DNA from: an uncultured Solirubrobacterales bacterium
GTDB lineage: Bacteria; Actinomycetota; Thermoleophilia; Solirubrobacterales; 70-9
Assembly: GCA_963774555.1 (NCBI GenBank)
Contig: CAVZFL010000001.1
Span: 357,127 to 421,126 of the forward strand
Length of the DNA: 64,000 nucleotides
Reading direction: 5' to 3'
Under the pieces are notes generated by a model, which searched no databases, was not told where the DNA came from, and saw nothing but the letters and a program-made list of their open reading frames with translations. Made by a program: the position numbers and the translations under genes. This document shows, piece after piece, positions 1 to 13,887 of the stretch; positions within the stretch are counted from its first letter, which is position 1, and every line of letters begins with the position of its first letter.

Positions 1-561
1 GCGGGCACCGACGATCAGCACCTCGCGGTGCTCGCGCAGGTAGCTGGCGAGGAAGACGACCAGGCAGATCTTCGAGAACTCGGCCGGCTGGAAGGCGAGC
101 GGCCCGATCTTGACCCCGAGGTAGGCGCCGTTGACCTGCTGGCCGACGCCGGGCAGCCGCGGCGCCAGCAGCAACAGCAGCCCGACCGCGGCGATCGTGT
201 AGCGGTAGCGCTCGAGCACGTCATAGTCGCGCAGGAACTGGATCGTCAGGGCGAAGAGGACAAGCCCCAGCACGAGCCAGTTGGCCTGGTCGCGGGCGAG
301 GCTGGCGTCGATCCGGTAGACCATCACCAGGCCGAAGGCCAGGAGCAGCGCGGCCAGCGGGAAGAGGTAGGGGTCGGCGTTGGGCAGTCGGATGCGCAGG
401 TAGGCGTGGGCGGCGAGGCAGACGGCGAAGAAGTAGGCGCCGTAGATCAGGCTGAGGTTGTCGAGCCGGGCGCTCTCCTGGGCGAAGACGGCGGCGAAGC
501 CGGCCGTGAGCAGCATCGCCACCGGCACCAGAGCCATCAGCTCCCGGTTGCGAGCGCTCAC
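1..561 (-). CDS. rodA: FtsW/RodA/SpoVE (SEDS) family protein, 5' part; gene runs off the left edge
   Basis: Not in the ORF track (no stop in window). The reverse complement from GTG at 561 reads VSARNRELMALVPVAMLLTAGFAAVF...GVGQQVNGAYLGVKIGPLAFQPAEFSKICLVVFLASYL, a SEDS-family signature. The start overlaps the pstP stop. Its position after pstP matches the actinobacterial fhaA-fhaB-pstP-rodA cluster. Confidence 0.75.
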   Translation of the reverse strand, partial: MSARNRELMALVPVAMLLTAGFAAVFAQESARLDNLSLIYGAYFFAVCLAAHAYLRIRLPNADPYLFPLAALLLAFGLVMVYRIDASLARDQANWLVLGLVLFALTIQFLRDYDVLERYRYTIAAVGLLLLLAPRLPGVGQQVNGAYLGVKIGPLAFQPAEFSKICLVVFLASYLREHREVLIVGAR

Positions 562-1739
562 CGAATTCCTTGGGTCTTTTCGATGTCTTCGACCAGGGAG
601 GCGGCGTCGCTGCGCGAACGCAGGTCGTGGCCGCTGACCGCTTCGCGGCGCTTCGGCGGCAGGCCGGAGGTCTGAATCGGACTGGCGTAGCGCTCGTCGT
701 AGAGGACGATGCCGAGCGGCAGTTCGTAGGGCAGGCCGCGATAGAGGGCGACGCGGCCGCTTTCGTCGGTGCCGAGGAACCAGACCTGGCGGTTGCCGTA
801 CCAGGCGCCGAAGGCGAGGGCGCCGACCAGGACCAGGGCGGCAAAGACCTTGGCCGTCGTGCGCAGACGGCGGCGTCGCGGCTTGGTCGCGAGCTGCTCG
901 CGACGCTCCCGCGCCGCCGCGGCGGCGGCGCGGCGACGGACCTCGGTAGCGGTCAGACCCGCCTCCTCGGCCGAGGAGCCGATCAGGGTCGCATCGTCGT
1001 GACCCTGGCGCTGCGGCGCTGCGGCGTCTTCGAGCCGGAAGGCGAGGGCGGTGATGTTGTCGCGGCCACCGGCCCGGTTGGCTTCGTCGACGAGCGCCTT
1101 CACCGCGGCCGTCATATTCGTCGCGCCGCTGAGCAGCTTGGCGATGCGCTCCTCGTCCAGCATCGTGGTCAGCCCGTCCGAGCAGATCAGGAAGGCATCG
1201 CCGGGGGCGGCGGAGACGGTCTGTATGTCGGGCTCGACCTCGGGCTCGGGGCCGAGCGCGCGGGTGATGATCGAACGCTGCGGGTGGTCCTCGGCCTGGG
1301 CGTCGGTGAGCTGTCCCTTGCGCCGCATCTCCTCGACCAGCGAGTGATCGCGGGTCAGCTGCTCGAGCTTGCCGGCGCGCAGCCGGTAGGCGCGGCTGTC
1401 GCCGACGTGGCCGATCGCCACCTCTTCACGCTCGGCGCTGACGATCGCCGCGGTCAGCGTCGTCCCCATCCCGGCTCGCGAGGGATCGGACCGGGCGAGC
1501 TCGTGGATGCGGCGGTTGGCGGCCAGGATCGTCTCGCGCAGGACCCGCTCGGGCGGCCCTTCGGGAAGGTCGACATCGAAGGCGTCGGCGGCCGCTTTCG
1601 AGGCAACCTCGCCCGCCTGCGCTCCGCCCATGCCGTCGGCGACGACGAAGATCGGCGCGCGCACGAAGTAGGAGTCCTCGTTGGCGTTGCGCTGGCGGCC
1701 GGTGTCGGTGCGGAAGGCCTGGTCGTCGATCCTCAGCAT
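558..1739 (-). CDS. pstP: PP2C-family Ser/Thr phosphatase with C-terminal membrane anchor
   Basis: 393-aa ORF with PPM motifs RQRNANEDSY, VADGMGGAQAGEVAS, ICSDGLT and GGRDNITA. A hydrophobic helix (VFAALVLVGALAFGAWY) lies near the C-terminus. Confidence 0.9.
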   Translation of the reverse strand: MLRIDDQAFRTDTGRQRNANEDSYFVRAPIFVVADGMGGAQAGEVASKAAADAFDVDLPEGPPERVLRETILAANRRIHELARSDPSRAGMGTTLTAAIVSAEREEVAIGHVGDSRAYRLRAGKLEQLTRDHSLVEEMRRKGQLTDAQAEDHPQRSIITRALGPEPEVEPDIQTVSAAPGDAFLICSDGLTTMLDEERIAKLLSGATNMTAAVKALVDEANRAGGRDNITALAFRLEDAAAPQRQGHDDATLIGSSAEEAGLTATEVRRRAAAAAARERREQLATKPRRRRLRTTAKVFAALVLVGALAFGAWYGNRQVWFLGTDESGRVALYRGLPYELPLGIVLYDERYASPIQTSGLPPKRREAVSGHDLRSRSDAASLVEDIEKTQGIR

Positions 1740-2212
1740 CAGGTCGCCTCGTACCTGAACTCCGTGTCGCCGATCCGCACCACGTCGCCGTCGATCAGCT
1801 CCGCCTCCCCGTTGAGGGTGGCGTCGTTGAGAAGGGTGCCGTTGGTCGATCCCATGTCCTCCACGTAGGTGCGGCGGTCGCGGCTGAAGATCCTCGCGTG
1901 CACGCCGGAGGCATAGCGGTCGTCGATCCGCACGTCGGCCTCCGTTGAGCGCCCGATCGAGAGGCCGCCGATCAGGTCGAAGCGCTCGCCGGGGTCGAGG
2001 CCGCCGCCGCGCTCGGCCACCAGCCAGGCCTCGCCGGCGCTCGGCGGCGGCGAGAATCCGGGCGTCGCCTGGTGGAAGCCGGTCGCGTCGGGTGCCGGGC
2101 TGACCGTGCGCCGCAGGTCCTTGAGCGCGCTGCGGGCGATCCAGAGCAGAAAGAGGTAGAGGACGGCGAGGAAGCCGAACTTGAGGGCGACGGAGATGGG
2201 GGCGTAGTCCAC
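1739..2212 (-). CDS. fhaB: FHA-domain membrane protein (FhaB/FipA-like)
   Basis: 157 aa with an N-terminal TM helix and a C-terminal FHA domain (LSIGRSTEADVRIDDRYASGVHARI...GSTNGTLLN...RIGDTEFRY). Confidence 0.85.
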   Translation of the reverse strand: MDYAPISVALKFGFLAVLYLFLLWIARSALKDLRRTVSPAPDATGFHQATPGFSPPPSAGEAWLVAERGGGLDPGERFDLIGGLSIGRSTEADVRIDDRYASGVHARIFSRDRRTYVEDMGSTNGTLLNDATLNGEAELIDGDVVRIGDTEFRYEAT

Positions 2213-2222
2213 GCGATCGGCC

Positions 2223-2996
2223 CTACTGCTCGATGTCGAACAGGAAGGTCGTGGTGCCGACGGTGACCTGGTCGCCGGGGCTGAGCCGGGTCGAGGAGAC
2301 GCGGCGGCCGTTCACCTTGACGCCGTTGGTCGAGCCGAGGTCGGCGATCGTCCAGTCGCCGGTCGGCGAGCGGCGCAGCTCGGCGTGGCGGCGCGAGACG
2401 TTGGGGTCGCTGAGCACGCACTCGGCTTCCTTGGAGCGCCCGATCGTCGCCCGCGGTCCCTCCAGCACGTAGCGGCGGTCGTCGAGCGAGACGACCGCCC
2501 GCGTCGCGACCAGGGCCTCGGCGCGCTGCTCGGGGCTCTTCACCGGCGGCGCCTTCTCTTTCACCGCCGAGTAGACCATCGTGTGGCCCTCCTCGCCCTG
2601 GCTCGGCGCCTCGCCCTCGCGCACCGGCGGCTTGACCAGGCGGGTCTGGATGCCGAACTCGCCCAGGCGCAGCCGCTCGTCGGTCTTGAACTCGACCGCG
2701 GGGCGGGTCAGCAGGTCGTAGTCGCGGCGGCGGGCGTGCTCCAGCAGGTAGCCGGAGAGCTCCTGCTCGAGCGAGCGCTCGTAGCCCTCGAGCTTGACCC
2801 GGTCCTTGCTCGAGAGGAAGACGGTGTACTCGTTGGGGACGTAGACGCGGGCGACGCCGGCGGTCTTGTGGGCGTCCATCTCCTTGGCCAACTTGCGGGC
2901 CAGCTCGACCGGCTGCACCTCGGAGCTGAAGGCGCGGCTGAAGACCCCCTCGACGAGGCCTTCGATCCGACTCTCGAGATTGCGTAGGACGCTGAT
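2223..2996 (-). CDS. fhaA: FhaA-like protein (DUF3662 N-terminal domain plus C-terminal FHA domain)
   Basis: The track ORF is 2223..3161. The FhaA-type N-terminus (SVLRNLESRIEGLVEGVFSRAF) begins at an ATC codon (2996..2994), 6 nt after AAGGAG. FHA motifs: ATIGRSKEAECVLSDPNVSRRHAEL, GSTNGVKVNG. The start codon is uncertain. Confidence 0.8.
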   Translation of the reverse strand: MSVLRNLESRIEGLVEGVFSRAFSSEVQPVELARKLAKEMDAHKTAGVARVYVPNEYTVFLSSKDRVKLEGYERSLEQELSGYLLEHARRRDYDLLTRPAVEFKTDERLRLGEFGIQTRLVKPPVREGEAPSQGEEGHTMVYSAVKEKAPPVKSPEQRAEALVATRAVVSLDDRRYVLEGPRATIGRSKEAECVLSDPNVSRRHAELRRSPTGDWTIADLGSTNGVKVNGRRVSSTRLSPGDQVTVGTTTFLFDIEQ

Positions 2997-3093
2997 CTGT
3001 GGCTCCTTTTCGCGAGCGCGGCCGGACGCTCGAAGTGGCGGGAAAACCGGCTCGAATCCTAGATGGTGGAGCCCCGGACTCAGAGCCCGTCTC

Positions 3094-4014
3094 TTAAGGC
3101 AGGAGGACGCCGTGACCGGCGGCGAGCCAGGCGCCGAGCGCGGCGGCGACGGCGACGGCACCGAGGCGCAGGCGCAGCGAGCGCTCGCTGCGCGGAAGTT
3201 GCTCGGCGAGACTCTCGAGCGAGTTTTCGATCGCCGTGCCGAGCTCCTCCAGCGGCGGCCGGCGATCCGGACGGGACTGCAGGCAGGCGTCGACCGTCTC
3301 GGTCAGCTCGCGCGGCAGGTCGGGGCGCAGGCGGCGCAGCGGGCGCTGCCTGCCGCCGATCGCCCGCGCCGTCGCCGCCGGGGTGGCGCGTCGGGTCGGG
3401 TTCTCGCCGCTCCAGCACTCGTACAGCACCAGGGCCAGCGAGTAGACGTCGGCCTCGGGGCCGGCGGCGCGCCCTTCGGCCTGCTCGGGCGACATGTAGG
3501 CAAGCGTGCCGACGACGTCGCCGGGGGCGGTAAGCGCCGCTGCGTCGGTGAGGCGAGCGACGCCGAAGTCCATCAGCTTGGCGCGCGGCTCGCCCTCCTC
3601 GGTGATGAGGACGTTCTGGGGCTTGACGTCGCGGTGGACGACGGCGCGGCGGTGAGCGTGGTCGAGCGCCTCGCAGAGATCGGCGCCGATCTCGCCGATC
3701 TCACGGTCGCTGAGGGCGCCGTCGCGGTTGAGCTCGGCCAGCGTCTCGCCGTCGACCAACTCGGTGACGAGCAGGGCGTTGCCGTCCTCCTCGCCCATCT
3801 CATAGAGGGTGACGATGCCGGGATGGTTGAGCCGGGCGGCAGCCTGCGCCTCGCGCATCACGCGACCGGAGCCGCGCGAGCCGGCGGCGTCGATTGCCTT
3901 GACCGCGACCGGGCGCTCGAGGCGCCCGTCCCACGCCTCGTAGACCGTGCCGAAGCCGCCGCTTCCGATGCGGCGCTCGATCAGGAAGCGGTTGAGTACG
4001 AGCGAACCGACCAC
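3094..4014 (-). CDS. Hanks-type Ser/Thr protein kinase, short form with C-terminal TM and no PASTA repeats
   Basis: 306 aa with GSGGFGTVY, VAVK, HRDVKPQNVL, DFG and SPEQ motifs. It has a hydrophobic C-terminal tail. Confidence 0.9.
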   Translation of the reverse strand: MVGSLVLNRFLIERRIGSGGFGTVYEAWDGRLERPVAVKAIDAAGSRGSGRVMREAQAAARLNHPGIVTLYEMGEEDGNALLVTELVDGETLAELNRDGALSDREIGEIGADLCEALDHAHRRAVVHRDVKPQNVLITEEGEPRAKLMDFGVARLTDAAALTAPGDVVGTLAYMSPEQAEGRAAGPEADVYSLALVLYECWSGENPTRRATPAATARAIGGRQRPLRRLRPDLPRELTETVDACLQSRPDRRPPLEELGTAIENSLESLAEQLPRSERSLRLRLGAVAVAAALGAWLAAGHGVLLP

Positions 4015-4070
4015 GGCACTTCAGCACTTCGCCGCGAATCCGCTTCCTCCTGCGACATACTCCCTGCTTC

Positions 4071-5112
4071 TTGGAGGATTCCCCCGCAACCAGGCCGGGT
4101 CGACGGGCGCGGCGGCAGCGCCGTCCCGAACGTCAGCAGATCCTGCTGCGCCGTGGGCTGGCGCTCGGCGGCGGACTGCTGGTGCTGATCCTGCTCGTGC
4201 TCGGAGTCAAGGGCTGCCTCGACGCGCGCGCGCGTCGGGCGCTCAGCGACTACGCCCGCAACGTCACCCAGATCGTCGATGAGACGCAGCAGACCAGCAA
4301 AGGGTTCTTCGCCAAGCTCTCCGACCCCGGCAGCCTCTCGGTGACCGAATTCGTCAACCAGGTCAGCGCCGACCGCAGCGCGATGGACAACTACGCCAGC
4401 CGCATCGACGGCCTCGACGCGCCCGGCGACATGAGCCACGCGCAGCGCTCGCTCGAACTGGTCTACGAGCTGCGCAGCAGCGCGATGAACGAAATCGCCG
4501 AAAAGATGAGCACCGCGCTCGGCGACGTCGGCTCCGAGCAGGCGCGCGGCATCATCGCCCGTCAGATGCGCAAGCTGCTGGCCAGCGACGAGCTCTACGC
4601 GGCCGTCGTCCCGACCGGAGATCAACGGCGTCCTCGCCGCCAACGGAATCGACGGCTCCGACGTGCCGAAGAGCGTCTTCCTCGCCGACGAAACGAAGTG
4701 GCTCGACGAAGGGGAAGTGAGCGCCGCGCTCGACGGGGTGACGGGGTCGAGCAGCTCGGCGACCCCGGGCCTGCACGGCCTCGGCCTGATCGGCACCAGC
4801 GTCAACGGCACCGAACTGACGGCGGAATCGACTACCGGCGTGGCCAGCGAAGGGACGCCGGAAGTGGAAGTGACGGTTCAGAACCAGGGCGAATCGACCG
4901 AGAACGGGATCAACGTCTCGGTCACCGTCAGCGGCGGCAACACGCTGCAGGGGACGATCGACAGCATCGGCGCGGGCGAAGAAGAAACCGTCTCGATCCC
5001 GCTGACGCCGGCGCCGAGCGGCGAAGCGACGCTCGAAGTCAAGGTCGACACGGTGCCCGGCGAGCAGTTTTCCGAAAACAACGAAGCCAGCTACACGGTC
5101 GCCTTCGAATAG
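4071..5112 (+). CDS. membrane-anchored hypothetical protein with CARDB-like beta-rich C-terminus (apparent frameshift)
   Basis: Track ORFs 4071.. and 4663..5112 join if one base is gained or lost near 4608-4615 (ELYAAVV / RPEINGVLAANG). It has an N-terminal TM (LALGGGLLVLILLVLGV). The C-terminal segment reads EVEVTVQNQGESTENGINVSVTV. Confidence 0.55.
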
Positions 5113-5122
5113 GGCCGCCCGG

Positions 5123-5953
5123 ATGCGGATCGCCTATCTGGGTCCGGCCGGGACCTTCACCGAGGACGCGCTGGGCGAGGCGTTCGACGGCGAGCTCGAG
5201 CCGCTGCGCACGGCGACGATCCGCGACGCGATCCTCGCGGTCGAGCGGGGCGAGGCCGAGCGCGCCCTCGTCCCCTTCGAGAACTCGATCGAGGGCTCGG
5301 TGCGATCCAGCCTCGACACCCTCGCCTTCGACGCCGAGGCGGTGACGATCGTCGGCGAGCACGACTTCGCCGTGCGGGCGATGCTGATCGCCCGCGAGCC
5401 GCTCGAGCTGGGCGAGATCCGCGCCGTCCTCTCCCACCCCCAGCCGCTTGCCCAGTGCGCCCGCTTCCTGCGCGAGTCGCTGCCGGGTGCCGAGCGGCGG
5501 GGCGTTGACAGCACCGCCGAGGCGGTCAGGCGGGTCGGCGAGTCGGACGAGCCCTGGGCGGCGATCGGCGCCCGCTCCGCGGCCGAGATCTACGGCTGCA
5601 CGATCCTGCGCGAGGGGATCGAGGACGAGGCCAACAACGTCACCCGCTTCGTCTGGATCGCCCCCGCCGGCACCGCGCCGAGCGGCGGTGAGGCCTGGAA
5701 GACCTCGCTCGTCTTCTCCGAGCTGGGCGAAGACCATCCCGGGGCGCTGGTCAACGCCCTGCGGGAGTTCTCCTCCCGCGAGGTCAACCTGAGCCGCATC
5801 GAGTCCCGCCCGCTGCGCCAGGAGCTGGGCCGTTACATGTTCTTCTGCGACCTCGAGGGAGCCCTCGACGACGAGGCCGTGGCAGAGGCCGTCGAGGCCC
5901 TCCGCGACAAGGCCGACTCGGTGCGCATCCTGGGGTCGTACCCGACTGCGTAG
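5123..5953 (+). CDS. pheA: prephenate dehydratase
   Basis: 276 aa. It has a PDT domain (IAYLGPAGTFTE, ALVPFENSIEG) and a C-terminal ACT domain (SRPGALVNAL-like, ESRP). Confidence 0.9.
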   Translation: MRIAYLGPAGTFTEDALGEAFDGELEPLRTATIRDAILAVERGEAERALVPFENSIEGSVRSSLDTLAFDAEAVTIVGEHDFAVRAMLIAREPLELGEIRAVLSHPQPLAQCARFLRESLPGAERRGVDSTAEAVRRVGESDEPWAAIGARSAAEIYGCTILREGIEDEANNVTRFVWIAPAGTAPSGGEAWKTSLVFSELGEDHPGALVNALREFSSREVNLSRIESRPLRQELGRYMFFCDLEGALDDEAVAEAVEALRDKADSVRILGSYPTA

Positions 5954-5967
5954 AATTCCCGAGCAAC

Positions 5968-6489
5968 ATGGCACGCGTCCTTGTCTTGAATGCGACGTAT
6001 GAGCCGATCAACGTCACCACGTTGAGACGCGCCGCTGTGCTGCTGCTGAAGGAAAAGGCCGAGTTGCTGGAGCGACGCGAGGGCGCGATCCACTCCGAGC
6101 ACATGACGATGGACCGCCCCGACGTGATCCGCCTGGTCAGCTACGTGCGGATCCCCCGCGAAGCGCACAGGAGGAAGATCACCCGCCGCGCGGTGCTTGC
6201 CCGGGACTCCTGGACCTGCCAGTACTGCGGCTCGCGCAAGTCGGGCCTCACCGTGGACCACGTGATCCCCCGCTCCCGTGGCGGCAAGTCCGTCTGGGAG
6301 AACATCGTCGCCGCCTGCGCCAGCTGCAACCGCCGCAAGGGCAACCGCCTCCCCCGCGAGATCCACATGCACCCCCAGAAGACCCCCAAGCCCCCCGGCC
6401 CGACGGTCTTCATCCAGGTGGCGAGCCCGCGGATCCCGGCGGCGTGGGAGCAGTACCTGCCCTCAGCTGAACTGCCTGCTGCCGCGTAG
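5968..6489 (+). CDS. HNH endonuclease family protein
   Basis: 173 aa with CQYCGS...LTVDHVIPRSRGGKSVWENIVAACASCNRRKGN, an HNH/zinc motif. Confidence 0.8.
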   Translation: MARVLVLNATYEPINVTTLRRAAVLLLKEKAELLERREGAIHSEHMTMDRPDVIRLVSYVRIPREAHRRKITRRAVLARDSWTCQYCGSRKSGLTVDHVIPRSRGGKSVWENIVAACASCNRRKGNRLPREIHMHPQKTPKPPGPTVFIQVASPRIPAAWEQYLPSAELPAAA

Positions 6490-6507
6490 GAACGGACGGG
6501 AAGGCCG

Positions 6508-6933
6508 TCAGGTCGTGCTTGGACCACCGGGCACGACCGTGCGCAGGCCGGCCAGCCTCGCTGCTGCTGCCTGGCGCTCGTCGTATGTCACGAAAGCCTT
6601 GATCGGGCCGAGGTAGATGGCTGAAACTACGTGGATGGCGTCGAGAGCTCGCAGGGCCGGCTCAGCGAGGGCTCCAGCGCTGGCGAGCAAGCCTCTATCC
6701 GCGGGCCGGAGGGCGAGAGCATCGACCAATTGGCCGGCACGCTCCAGCAAACGACTGAGAGATAGCGAAGGATCATGCATAGCTGCACGGCGTACGGCTC
6801 GTGGAATCTCCGTCAACACCAGCTCGCTGCTGACCAGGTCCGCGCCCTCGAGGTAGGTCCGCAGAGCCTCCGACTCGGCCTCATCGCGGACGAGCTTGAC
6901 CAGTGCGGATGTGTCCGCATAGATGACCGGCAT
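6508..6933 (-). CDS. vapC: PIN-domain toxin (VapC family)
   Basis: 141 aa. The N-terminus MPVIYADTSALVKL has a conserved acidic residue pattern, and an antitoxin gene lies 3 nt upstream. Confidence 0.8.
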   Translation of the reverse strand: MPVIYADTSALVKLVRDEAESEALRTYLEGADLVSSELVLTEIPRAVRRAAMHDPSLSLSRLLERAGQLVDALALRPADRGLLASAGALAEPALRALDAIHVVSAIYLGPIKAFVTYDERQAAAARLAGLRTVVPGGPSTT

Positions 6934-6936
6934 CGC

Positions 6937-7215
6937 TCAGCCGTCGCCGCGGACTTCTTTGAGCGCGCGGCTCAGAGCAGTCGGGTCGCCGGTCAACTCC
7001 AACGGCTCCGGGAGACCCGTCCGCCGTGGCCGGGAAACCTGTCCCTCGGCGATCAGCCGGTCGAGATCATGCCCAGTGCTTGGAGCGGGGCCAAGTTCGG
7101 CCACCGGGCGGTTGCGATCGGTGACGACCAACCGCTCACCCTTGCTTACTCGCCGCAGGTAGACGCTCAAGTTCTGCCGTAGCTCCGCGACGCCAACTGA
7201 ATCGCTCATGTACAT
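6937..7215 (-). CDS. Phd/YefM-type antitoxin
   Basis: 92 aa. VGVAELRQNLSVYLRRVSKGERLVVTDRNRPVAEL is typical of Phd/YefM. An AT-rich leader lies upstream (7216-7260). Confidence 0.75.
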   Translation of the reverse strand: MYMSDSVGVAELRQNLSVYLRRVSKGERLVVTDRNRPVAELGPAPSTGHDLDRLIAEGQVSRPRRTGLPEPLELTGDPTALSRALKEVRGDG

Positions 7216-7296
7216 TAAAGTAGCACTTTCCTTTGGTGGTTTACATACACCTAAGGATTCGGGGCCACAATCTCGCCCCCATTGCCCCGCGCAGCC

Positions 7297-9829
<2,533 letters not shown>

Positions 9830-9836
<7 letters not shown>

Positions 9837-9874
9837 CGCGTTGTCCTCCCGGGAGGGGGATAAAACGTTGCACC
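9830..9874 (-). repeat. 45-nt palindromic element, family E, copy 2 (gyrB-gyrA spacer)
   Basis: The minus strand reads GGTGCAACGTTTTATCCCCCTCCCGGGAGGACAACGCGTTGCAG. The flanks are near-identical to the copy at 36944-36988. Confidence 0.7.
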
Positions 9875-9884
9875 CGGGACCTGG

Positions 9885-12316
<2,432 letters not shown>

Positions 12317-12328
12317 TTAGTCCCTTCC

Positions 12329-12371
12329 CGTTCTCATAGAAAACCCCGACCGTCTGGACACTTGCTGCACA
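12329..12371 (-). terminator. GC hairpin plus T-run between the DUF721 gene and gyrB
   Basis: The minus strand has CCCCGACCGT..(17 nt)..ACGGTCGGGG followed by TTTTCTAT, ending 13 nt before the gyrB TTG start. An unusually AT-rich stretch of about 90 bp lies upstream (12380-12470). Confidence 0.5.
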
Positions 12372-12473
12372 CGGTCGGGGCAGAAATGCAAGTTGACATA
12401 AGGATACCAGTTCGGGGCCTTTGCTGACCCGGTTGGAGGAAATAAAAGTCCTGCAAATCAGAGATAAATGAAA

Positions 12474-12781
12474 TCAATTACGCGCGTCTTTCACACGGAA
12501 GCGCAAACTCTGTGGCGCGCGGTCTCCGAGCCGCTCCCGCAGCCGCTCCAGGAGCTGCCCTTGCATCAAATCCAACTCCTGCGCCCAGACGGAATCGGAG
12601 CAGCCGATCAGCACCTCCCCGCCGCGCTCGGAGACCGGGCTGGCGACGGCGGCGATCTGCTCGCCGACGACCTCCGCCCAGGCCGCCTGCACCGCCGCCA
12701 GCGCTGTCTTCGGCGCCGCTGCCGCGAGCGCCGCGCGCAGGGCTGTGCCGCGCGGGGCGGGGGGCGCGGCGGCGAGCTCAT
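12474..12781 (-). CDS. DUF721 (DciA-like) protein (apparent frameshift near the start)
   Basis: The C-terminal 72 aa ([49 protein letters not shown]) matches the DUF721 gene normally found between recF and gyrB. The ATG at 12781 overlaps the recF TGA (ATGA). A frame change is needed in the G-run near 12750. Confidence 0.65.
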
Positions 12782-13877
12782 GCCGCTGCCGCCTCGTCGA
12801 TCGCGCAGCGGCATCCGCACCACCCTGCCTGCCGCGCCCGCTCGGCAGCGAGTCCTCCGCCGCAGCCGTGATCAGCGCCTGTCCGCCCCCGGCGAGGCGC
12901 TCGACCAGGCGCTCGGCGACGGCCCGGGTCGAGCTCGCTCATCACGTCGTCGAGCAGCAGCAGCGGCGCGACCCGCCGCGCCTCGAGCAGGGCGTCGCGC
13001 TCGGCGAAGAGCAGCGCCAGGAGCGCCGTGCGCTGCTCGCCCTGCGAGCCGAAGCGCCGCAGCGATCGACCAGCCGCGACCGATCTTGAGCTCGTCCAGG
13101 TGCGGGCCCCAGGAGCTGCGCCCCAGGCTCAGGTCGGCGTCGCGGCGCTCGGCCAGGCCGGCGCGGATCTCCTCGGCAGTGCCCGCCGCCCGCGGGGCGT
13201 ACTCGATCGTCGCGCCTCCCTCGAGGCCGAGCTCCTCGGCGGCCAGCGGCAAAGGGCTGCGCCAGCTCCGCGACCGCCTCGGCCCGGGCAGCGACCAGCG
13301 CGGCCGACGCCTCGGCCAGTGTCGCGTCCCAGACGTCGAGCTGGGCCGGGGCAGCCGTGGCCGGCGGCGACCCTGGCGACCAGCGCGTTGCGCTGCGCCA
13401 GCGCCTGGCCGAAACGCTGGCGCAGGTCGGTGCGGCTCGGCCAGCGGGCAGCGACGAAGCGGTCGAGGTGGGCGCGGCGTTCCGCCGGCGGGCCCTTGAC
13501 CAGGGACAGACGATCGGGCGAGAAGACGGCGACCGGAGGGCGGCTTCGAGCCAGTGTCGCCGGGTCGGCCGGGCTGCCGTCGAGCAGGTGGCGGCGTCCC
13601 TCGCTGCGACTGACCGAAGCCAGCAGGTGTCGTCTCGATCCCGTCCTCGTCGCGGACCGTCGCCTCTGCCCGCGCGAAGCTGCCGCCGAAGGGAATCAGG
13701 TCGCGGCGGTCGGCGGTTCGGAATGAGCGCCCGGTGAGGGCGAAGTAGAGCGCCTCGAAGCAGATTCGTCTTGCCGACTCCGTTGGGCCCGACCAGGCTG
13801 AGGATCCCGGGCTCCAGCTCGACCCGCGCCCGGGTCAGACTGCGCAGCGGGTTCGCTTCGACGGTGGTGACCAGCAC
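12778..13877 (-). CDS. recF: DNA replication/repair protein RecF (many apparent frameshifts)
   Basis: The N-terminus has the Walker A ([13 protein letters not shown]). Internal pieces lie in other frames ([10 protein letters not shown]..., [41 protein letters not shown]). It lies between dnaN and the DUF721 gene. Confidence 0.85.
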
Positions 13878-13887
13878 CGTCCAAACC

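Noticed and set aside
570-1868. 432-aa ORF on the plus strand, plus many similar long Ala/Arg/Gly/Pro-rich ORFs elsewhere (for example 35666-36925 minus, 46634-48940 minus, 19773-20801 minus, 26382-27644 minus, 52120-53823 minus).
   Set aside because: They lie antisense to, or out of frame with, genes encoding clearly conserved proteins (PP2C, hemL, MMPL, parA and others). They have low-complexity composition typical of spurious ORFs in very GC-rich DNA.
7216-7296. AT-rich leader of the Phd-VapC operon as a defined operator (AAAGT-agc-ACTTT, TGTACA motifs).
   Set aside because: Only short 5-6 bp symmetric motifs are present, which is too weak to call a specific site without binding data.
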